A DNA stretch of 64,000 nucleotides from Dehalococcoidia bacterium. GTDB taxonomy: Bacteria; Chloroflexota; Dehalococcoidia; Lucifugimonadales; UBA3495. Where the stretch lies: the NCBI GenBank assembly GCA_965197665.1, contig CBDANO010000004.1:447885-511884 (forward strand), read 5' to 3'. The translations under genes were made by a program, and so were the position numbers. How positions within the stretch are numbered: position 1 is the first letter of the stretch; the number at the start of each line of letters is the position of its first letter. The notes below the pieces were generated by a model that was not told the origin of the DNA, ran no database searches, and saw only the letters and a list, made by a program, of their open reading frames with translations. Below, one piece after another: positions 57,730 to 64,000 of this stretch.

Positions 57730-57923
57730 CCCGATACGCAAGTTTTTCAGGCTGCGAGTAGGGTTGCCGGCAGGACAACGCCTTCGTCCCATGTGACCCG
57801 TCTTCAACGAGAAGAAGAGAGTGTGGCTGGCCCGCCGCGGCGGGCCAGCCACACTCCATTTCCGGGGTGGGGCAACTCTCGCGCTATGCTTGTACAAGCG
57901 GTAAGAAACTTGCACGCGGGGTA
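57728..57923 (+). repeat. Dispersed palindromic element, copy C
   Basis: AACCCGATACGCAAGTTT ... AAACTTGCACGCGGGGTA; perfect 38-bp palindrome 57819-57856. Confidence 0.92.
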
Positions 57924-58018
57924 AAATAGTCCCGTGAGTAGGCATTTCCTCAGAAGGTACCAGAAGGTGCCATTTTCCTTCTTCGAGGCGCCGGTCTCAC
58001 CCGGCGTGGGGGATTTAG

Positions 58019-59578
58019 ATGAAATACGACGTAGTCATAGTTGGGGCAGGCGCGGCGGGATGCGCATTGGCCGCCCGGCTGACCGAGGACTCCGAGCGGT
58101 CGGTGCTGCTGTTGGAAGCGGGCCGCGACTATCCGGAGTTTCAGCGGCTGCCTCCCGAACTTAAGAACGGCTTCAGTTCCACCGCTTCGGCTTTCGACTC
58201 CCCTCATGCCTGGGCCTACCTGGCCGCCGGCGCCCCCGGGCAGTCTACGCCGATGCCAGTGGTAAGAGGCAAAGTCGTGGGGGGTTCCAGCGCCGTCAAC
58301 GCTCAGGTCTTCTTGAGGGGGCTTCCGGAAGACTACGATTCTTGGGCGGCTTTAGGCAACGATGAGTGGTCGTACCTGAAGGTTTTGCCTTATTTCAGGA
58401 AGTTGGAGGCGGACTCCGATATCTACGACGACTTTCACGGCAACGACGGCCCGGTGCCGGTGCGCCGGGAAAAGAGGGAGAAGTGGCAGCCCTGGCAGAG
58501 GGCTTTCTACGAGGCTTGCCTGGCCGCCGGTTTCCCCGAAAATTCGGACATGAACCACCCTGACGCCAGCGGCGTCGGCCCGGTGCCCCTCAATAACTCG
58601 AACGGAATTCGGATGAGCGGCGCCCTGACCTATCTGGACCCGGCGCGCCACCGCCTCAATCTGACCGTCAGAGGGGACGCCGCGGTTAAACGAGTGCTGT
58701 TCGACGGAAGTAAGGCGGTGGGAGTGGAGGTGGAGAGCGGCGGCCAACACTTCACCGTGGAAGGCCGCGAGATAGTGCTTGCGGCCGGGGCTATCGCCTC
58801 GCCCCAGTTGCTTATGCTGTCCGGAGTTGGCCCCGCCGACCGGTTGAGGGCCTTGGGGATTCCGGTAGTGGAGGATTTGCCGGGAGTGGGCCGGAACCTG
58901 CGCGACCATCCGGTGCTCATCATCGATCTGCGGGTAAAGGATGGCGTCAAGCTGGACACGGACGGGCCGCGGTTGCAAGCGGGCCTGCGCTACACCGCCG
59001 ACGGGTCGGAGTCGCGGAATGACATGCAAATCTTCCCTACCAACTACGGCGGGCCCAAGTCCGGCGACTCCATCGGCGACCGGATAAAGGGCTGGAACGC
59101 TGAAGAAGTAGGGGTCCGGCTCACTTGCGAACTGATGCTGGGGCGGAGCGCCGGGGAGTTACGCCTAGCGTCCCGGGATCACGCCGTCCCGCCGGAACTG
59201 GACTATCGCTACTTGGTAGACCCGTGGGACCGGAAGAGATTGCGAGGCGCCGTTCGTACGTGTCAACGCTTGCTCCGGCACCCCTCTTTCGAACCCATCG
59301 TGGACGGCTGGTTGGACCCGGACGAGCGGGACTTGGCTACCGACGAATCGCTGGACGCCTGGATGGTCCAGAACCTAAGGACTGCTTACCACACCTGCGG
59401 CACTTGCAAGATGGGTCCCGAGTCGGACCCTATGGCTGTTGTCGACCAGTATTGCCGGGTGCGGGGGCTGAGTGGGCTCCGGGTGGTTGACCTGTCGGTG
59501 GCGCCCCAAGTCGTTCGCGCCAACACCCACGCCACCGCGATCATGATTGCCGAGCGGGCCGCCGGTTGGTTCCAGTAA
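58019..59578 (+). CDS. GMC family oxidoreductase (MftG/choline dehydrogenase-like)
   Basis: GAGAAG, RGKVVGGSSAVN, SPQLLMLSGVGP, NLRDHP, HTCGTCKMG, ANT. Confidence 0.92.
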   Translation: MKYDVVIVGAGAAGCALAARLTEDSERSVLLLEAGRDYPEFQRLPPELKNGFSSTASAFDSPHAWAYLAAGAPGQSTPMPVVRGKVVGGSSAVNAQVFLRGLPEDYDSWAALGNDEWSYLKVLPYFRKLEADSDIYDDFHGNDGPVPVRREKREKWQPWQRAFYEACLAAGFPENSDMNHPDASGVGPVPLNNSNGIRMSGALTYLDPARHRLNLTVRGDAAVKRVLFDGSKAVGVEVESGGQHFTVEGREIVLAAGAIASPQLLMLSGVGPADRLRALGIPVVEDLPGVGRNLRDHPVLIIDLRVKDGVKLDTDGPRLQAGLRYTADGSESRNDMQIFPTNYGGPKSGDSIGDRIKGWNAEEVGVRLTCELMLGRSAGELRLASRDHAVPPELDYRYLVDPWDRKRLRGAVRTCQRLLRHPSFEPIVDGWLDPDERDLATDESLDAWMVQNLRTAYHTCGTCKMGPESDPMAVVDQYCRVRGLSGLRVVDLSVAPQVVRANTHATAIMIAERAAGWFQ

Positions 59579-59740
59579 CGTTAATTCCTTACGGCTGATT
59601 CGGGCATACCGCGGCTCTCAGAAAGTCCATTCCTTGTCGCGGACTCTGACCGCCGGTATACTGGCCTACGCCACCCGGGTCTAAGCCCCTTTCTCTCCGT
59701 TGGGTGGACTCGCATGCTGGTGAACTGAGAGGAGTTTGGC

Positions 59741-60052
59741 GTGATTTATCAACTTCGAACCTACACCGTGAACCGCGGGATGATGGACGATTGGGTCCGG
59801 CACTTCAACGACAAGCTGGTGGGGCTGATGGCCAAATACGGCATCATCGTCGACGAGGCTTGGGTTAACACGGACCGGAACCAGTTCATTTGGATCAGGT
59901 CCTTTCCAAACGCGTCGGAAGTCGAAACGCGGGAAGCGGCTTTCTACGACTCCCCGGAGTGGAGCGAAACGGTGGACCACACCCGCAGCCACTTGGCGCG
60001 AATCTCAGTAGAAACCATGGAATCGGTCCTGAAGACCCCGGCCGGTCGGTAG
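59741..60052 (+). CDS. NIPSNAP family protein
   Basis: IYQLRTY, F.W..SF, FYDSPEW; SD GAGGAG. Confidence 0.85.
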   Translation: MIYQLRTYTVNRGMMDDWVRHFNDKLVGLMAKYGIIVDEAWVNTDRNQFIWIRSFPNASEVETREAAFYDSPEWSETVDHTRSHLARISVETMESVLKTPAGR

Positions 60053-60210
60053 GGGCTGATACCGGCAGCCGCTGATTGTAAGAAACCGCCCCGGGACAAT
60101 CGGAGACAGCAGGCAGGGCCGGCCTGGCTGATCATCGCGTTTTGCGTAGTCCGTTCGCCCCCGCTCCGGACCCCCCAGCAGCCCGAGGTGAAGAACGCGA
60201 GAGGAAAGAC

Positions 60211-60708
60211 ATGGGAACCCTTACGGAAGATATGAAGCGGGTAGTGCGGGAGCAGCGCCTCGGTTTCATGGCTACCGTAAACGCTGACGGGACGCCTAAT
60301 TTGTCCCCGAAGGGAACGACTATCGTTTGGGACGACGACCACCTCGCCTTCGCCGACTTGGCTTCACCCGGGACCGTGGCCAACCTCCGGCGAAACCCGT
60401 CCATCGAGATATGCTTGGTGGACCAATTCCTGCGCAAAGGGTACCGTTTCAAGGGCGCCGCTACAGTGCTTTCGGAAGGTCCGCTATTCGAGGAGGTACT
60501 CAATACCTACAAGACAGGTGGAATGGGAGTGCAGCGGGTGGCCAACACTATCAAGCGGGTGGTTGTGGTGAAGGTGGAACGGGCTTTGCCTCTGGTGTCC
60601 CCGGGCTACTTCCCCGGCGTTACCGAGGAGCAGATGCGCTCTCAGTGGGAGGGATATTGGAGCAACGTCACCGAGGAGTACCACGCCCGGCAAGCTGAAC
60701 AATCCTGA
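60211..60708 (+). CDS. Pyridoxamine 5'-phosphate oxidase family (split-barrel) protein
   Basis: ATVNADGTPNLSPKG, T..NL..NP, GYRFKG. Confidence 0.88.
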   Translation: MGTLTEDMKRVVREQRLGFMATVNADGTPNLSPKGTTIVWDDDHLAFADLASPGTVANLRRNPSIEICLVDQFLRKGYRFKGAATVLSEGPLFEEVLNTYKTGGMGVQRVANTIKRVVVVKVERALPLVSPGYFPGVTEEQMRSQWEGYWSNVTEEYHARQAEQS

Positions 60709-60873
60709 CGCCGCCCGCCGGAGATGCAACCGCAACGGTCTCAGCACGGTCGTAGACCTTCCTGCGGCGCGGGCGCCTTTGGTATACTTGTCCGGCCACC
60801 ACCGCGCTATTCCGGAGGCCGGTTAACCGATGTGACCCAGTGCGGAGTGCCTGCTCCAGATTCAAGAACGCCT

Positions 60874-60947
60874 GCGGCCGTAGCTCAGTGGTAGAGCACT
60901 GCCCTCCCAAGGCAGATACGTGGGTCCGATTCCCATCGGCCGCTCCA
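60874..60947 (+). tRNA. tRNA-Gly(CCC)
   Basis: GCGGCCG...CGGCCGCTCCA; anticodon arm CTGCC-CTCCCAA-GGCAG; T-loop variant TCCGATT. Confidence 0.9.
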
Positions 60948-61171
60948 ACAGTTGAGCTGCACAACTCGGGCCGTCGTTGATCCCGCTACTGTTCTTGGCG
61001 GCGGGGGCGTTAGGCTGGTACAATAAACGACGAACCGAGAAGCAACGAATCGAGGAAACGGACCGGCAGTTTAGCAGTCCAATTCAATCGTCTGCCCGTC
61101 AGGTGAAGAGTTCCGGGCAACAACCCCTCCGGTAACGGCGAGACTAGGAAATATTGGCTCAGGAGTACTGG

Positions 61172-61360
61172 ATGGCTTACGTAACCCCACGCGAGGGCGA
61201 AAACCCTGAAAGCCTGGTAAACCGTTTTCGCGCCTCGGTACAACACTCAGGAATACTCCGCGAATTGAAAGACCGGCGTTTCTTCCGGTCCAAGGCTCAA
61301 AAAGCCCGGCTCGCGGCCCAACGGGCGGCCCGGCGGCGGCGGCGGCAAAACCGGCGCTAG
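61172..61360 (+). CDS. rpsU: 30S ribosomal protein S21
   Basis: V..REGE..ESL..RF...V...GIL.E.K.RRFF; SD AGGAG. Confidence 0.88.
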   Translation: MAYVTPREGENPESLVNRFRASVQHSGILRELKDRRFFRSKAQKARLAAQRAARRRRRQNRR

Positions 61361-61773
61361 GCCTTTCCCCAATCCGCGGACTTCACCCCGTCTTACCGAG
61401 CGCCCCCTGGAACTGGCCGGTACGGGCGTCAAGGCAGGCCAACCGGCGCGGCCCCGCGGACGGTGGCCGCTTTGTCCAACCCGGGCATTAGGCCGGCCCG
61501 CGACGCCCGGACTTCATGACCAACCTCCGCCCCGCCCTATTGAGGCCGAGAACCCCTCGAAGCTTTGACCCTTCCCGGTTCACCCGGTCCCCGATAGTTA
61601 CAAGCCCCCGGTTTGCGGCGTGTGGGGCACACTTGTTCAAAACGCTGCTGCGCCATACAGTCCATGGCGATGAAAGGCGCCCCTCGCCGGCAGCACCCGT
61701 CGTTCCTAGCCCGGCCAACGGCCGCTGTTGTTTCACTTGAAAAGCTGCCTTGGGCTGGGATAATCTGAGTAGA

Positions 61774-61862
61774 GGAGAGATGGCTGAGCGGACGAAAGCG
61801 CCGGTCTCGAAAACCGGTATACCCCCGTGGTATCGTGGGTTCGAATCCCACTCTCTCCGCCA
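61774..61862 (+). tRNA. tRNA-Ser(CGA)
   Basis: GGAGAGA...TCTCTCCGCCA; anticodon arm CCGGT-CTCGAAA-ACCGG; long variable arm; GGTTCGAATCC. Confidence 0.95.
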
Positions 61863-62040
61863 GACTTGAAGCTGACGCCGCCAATCTCGTATCTGTCCGA
61901 TGACTTGCCCGGGCGCTGAATTACTCCAATTGCTCCCTGTTGCCTGTATCTTCGGAAACGTTCGACTCTCTGTTATCCATGCCTCGGTTTTCCGCCGGTT
62001 GGCCGTAGCCTTGGGCCGGGCGGATAGCGCGGCGTTTCTT

Positions 62041-62120
62041 TTTGGTCTATCATCATTTGGTCTATCATCATTAGGACCGGATCAACCCAACTGCAAGTGA
62101 CCGGATCAACCCAACCGCAA
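62041..62120. repeat. Two adjacent tandem duplications (15-bp x2; 22-bp x2 with 24-bp period)
   Basis: TTTGGTCTATCATCA x2; GACCGGATCAACCCAAC(T/C)GCAA x2. Confidence 0.85.
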
Positions 62121-62175
62121 CGGGTTGGGCGTTTTTGCGCGCCCAGCCGTTTAACCTTGACTCCGGAGGCGGACC

Positions 62176-62916
62176 ATGACGGGCGGGCCCTCAGATACCA
62201 TCATCACTGCGGAAGATATCTACAAGACCTACGACAGCGGTAGGGTAAAGGTACCCGCTCTCCAAGGCGTGGACATGCGGGTGGAACGAGGCGAAATGGT
62301 AGCCATCATGGGCCCCAGCGGGTGCGGTAAGACCACCCTGCTCAACTGCCTTTCGGGGCTGGACGACATCGACTCGGGGGTTATCAAGATACGGGACAAC
62401 GACCTGACCCGAATGAATGATAACGACAAGACCCGGTACCGGGCCACCCAGATGGGCTACGTTTTCCAGTACTACAACCTTCTGCCGGTGCTGACGGTAT
62501 TGGAGAACGTGGAACTGCCGCTCCTCGTATCACGGACCAAGGCCAGCGAGGCGCGGAGCAAAGCTAAGGACGCCGTCGAGGTGGTTGGCCTATCGGAATG
62601 GGAGCGGCACTATCCTAGCGAGCTTTCCGGGGGGCAGCAGCAAAGGGTTACTATCGCAAGGGCCCTGGTCAACCGGCCGGAGATCGTTTGGGCCGACGAG
62701 CCCACCGGCAACCTCGACAGCGAAAACTCCGACGCGATCATGGACCTGCTCTGCGAGCTAAACCAACAGAACCGCCAGACCTTCGTCATCGTAACCCACT
62801 CCGACACTGTGGCGGCCCGGGCCCACCGGGTAATCAAGATGCAGGATGGGCAAATCGTCACCGACGGCCGCGTCGATTCGAGTAACGGTCCGGCGGGCGC
62901 CACCCGGACGGGTTAG
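62176..62916 (+). CDS. ABC transporter ATP-binding protein (LolD/MacB type)
   Basis: GPSGCGKTT, LSGGQQQRV, ADEPTGNLD, VTH. Confidence 0.95.
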   Translation: MTGGPSDTIITAEDIYKTYDSGRVKVPALQGVDMRVERGEMVAIMGPSGCGKTTLLNCLSGLDDIDSGVIKIRDNDLTRMNDNDKTRYRATQMGYVFQYYNLLPVLTVLENVELPLLVSRTKASEARSKAKDAVEVVGLSEWERHYPSELSGGQQQRVTIARALVNRPEIVWADEPTGNLDSENSDAIMDLLCELNQQNRQTFVIVTHSDTVAARAHRVIKMQDGQIVTDGRVDSSNGPAGATRTG

Positions 62917-62918
62917 CT

Positions 62919-64000
62919 ATGGATGAGCTTTTCGGCGTTTCCGTCGGCGGCTTGGCCCAAGTGTTTGGCGTAATATTCGCCGTCATAGCCGCCGGGCTGG
63001 TGTTCATCGTTGTTAGAGACAACATCCTCGTTCGCATGGCTCTCCGCAACGTTTTGAGGCGCCCGGCCCGCAGCGTTTTGATCATCGTCGGCCTGATGCT
63101 GGCGACGGCAATCATCTCCAGCGCCTTTACCACCGGTGATTCCGTAACCTTTAGCATCAAGCGCAGCGCCACAAACGAGCTTCGTTCCGTAGACGAAATC
63201 ATTCGGATAGACGATGACTCGGAGGTGTGGGCAGGCAAAGCCCTGCCCAATGAGTTCTCCGAGGACGTCTTCCACCAAGTGGGGCCGCAACTGGAATCCG
63301 CCTCGGACGTCATCGACGGAGTCTTGCCGGCGTTAGTGGAGTCCACCTCCGTTATCAACTTCCGCACCCGCCAATTCGACGTGGAAGCCATTTTCACCGG
63401 GCTGGACCCGGCAAGGGCGGCCGGCTTCGACACTCTGAGGGACCGCCAAGGCCGCGCGGTCGACTTGGCTTCCCTCGGGCCTGACGAAGTTTACGTCAAC
63501 GAGGAGGGCGCCGAGGAGATTGGGGCCCAAGCCGGGGACGTTTTGGGTGTCGCGTTGGGGCCCGGCGATCTAAGCCGGCTGACCATCAAGTCGGTAGTCG
63601 ATGGGTGGTATTTCCGGCCTTCCGGCACCAAAGTGGTGCTCATGGTACCCCTCACCAGGGCCCAGGAACTCCTGGGCCGGCCGGGCCTGATTTCAGTCAT
63701 TGCCATCTCCAACCGGGGGGATACCCTCAGCGGCGTCGATCTTACGCCCCAAGTCCTCCAGCGGTTCGGCGACCTGCCCGAGCTGGAAGAGGCCGGTCTG
63801 GAGGTGTTCGGCCTCAAGCAGGACATCGTAGACATCGCCAACGACGTGGGTAGCGTGTTCGTCTCCCTCTTCACCACCTTCGGTCTTTTCTCCATCGGGG
63901 TAGGGCTGTTGCTCATCTTCCTAATATTCACCATGTTGGCAGCGGAGCGCAAGAGCGAAATGGGCATCTCGCGAGCAGTTGGGATGGAGCGTCGCCACTT
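62919..64000 (+). CDS. FtsX/MacB-like ABC permease (3' truncated by window; absent from the ORF track)
   Basis: MDELFGVS...MALRNVLRRPARSVLII.GL; end of window reads IFTMLAAERKSEMGISRAVG, typical of FtsX permeases. Confidence 0.88.
   Translation, partial: MDELFGVSVGGLAQVFGVIFAVIAAGLVFIVVRDNILVRMALRNVLRRPARSVLIIVGLMLATAIISSAFTTGDSVTFSIKRSATNELRSVDEIIRIDDDSEVWAGKALPNEFSEDVFHQVGPQLESASDVIDGVLPALVESTSVINFRTRQFDVEAIFTGLDPARAAGFDTLRDRQGRAVDLASLGPDEVYVNEEGAEEIGAQAGDVLGVALGPGDLSRLTIKSVVDGWYFRPSGTKVVLMVPLTRAQELLGRPGLISVIAISNRGDTLSGVDLTPQVLQRFGDLPELEEAGLEVFGLKQDIVDIANDVGSVFVSLFTTFGLFSIGVGLLLIFLIFTMLAAERKSEMGISRAVGMERRH

Noticed and set aside
58019-59578. Mycofactocin gene cluster
   Set aside because: The GMC oxidoreductase is MftG-like, but no mftA-F genes are present in the window
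61361-61770. Housekeeping ncRNA (SRP, tmRNA, RNase P, 6S) between rpsU and tRNA-Ser
   Set aside because: I could not find the diagnostic motifs by eye; an Infernal/Rfam scan would be needed

Overview
GC-rich bacterial chromosome segment. Gene content (LLM/F420 oxidoreductases, CaiB CoA-transferase, amidohydrolases, ComD/ComE-like pair, short EF-Ts, type III PanK, PAC2 protein) suggests Chloroflexota, Dehalococcoidia/SAR202-like; this is inference. It holds housekeeping blocks (infC-rpmI-rplT; pheS-pheT-moeA; rpsB-tsf-pyrH-frr-uppS-cdsA-dxr-rseP-ispG-proS; coaX-coaBC; nfo; rpsU), four tRNAs (Pro-GGG, Gln-CTG, Gly-CCC, Ser-CGA), many catabolic enzymes, a hicAB module and several lipoproteins. 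The strongest unexplained signal is a family of five intergenic elements, about 190-197 bp when complete, with imperfect terminal inverted repeats and a central palindrome. That palindrome shows compensatory changes in three copies, is replaced by a different-sequence palindrome in a fourth and is missing from a fifth. Other candidates: a perfect 61-bp palindrome in front of an AAA+/nuclease gene, an SppA + membrane protein + triple-repeat lipoprotein operon, a putative LexA-controlled Zn-ribbon + divergent RuvC cassette, and a 34-bp direct-repeat scar at the nfo 3' end. All family assignments come from motif recognition by eye; no database searches were run.
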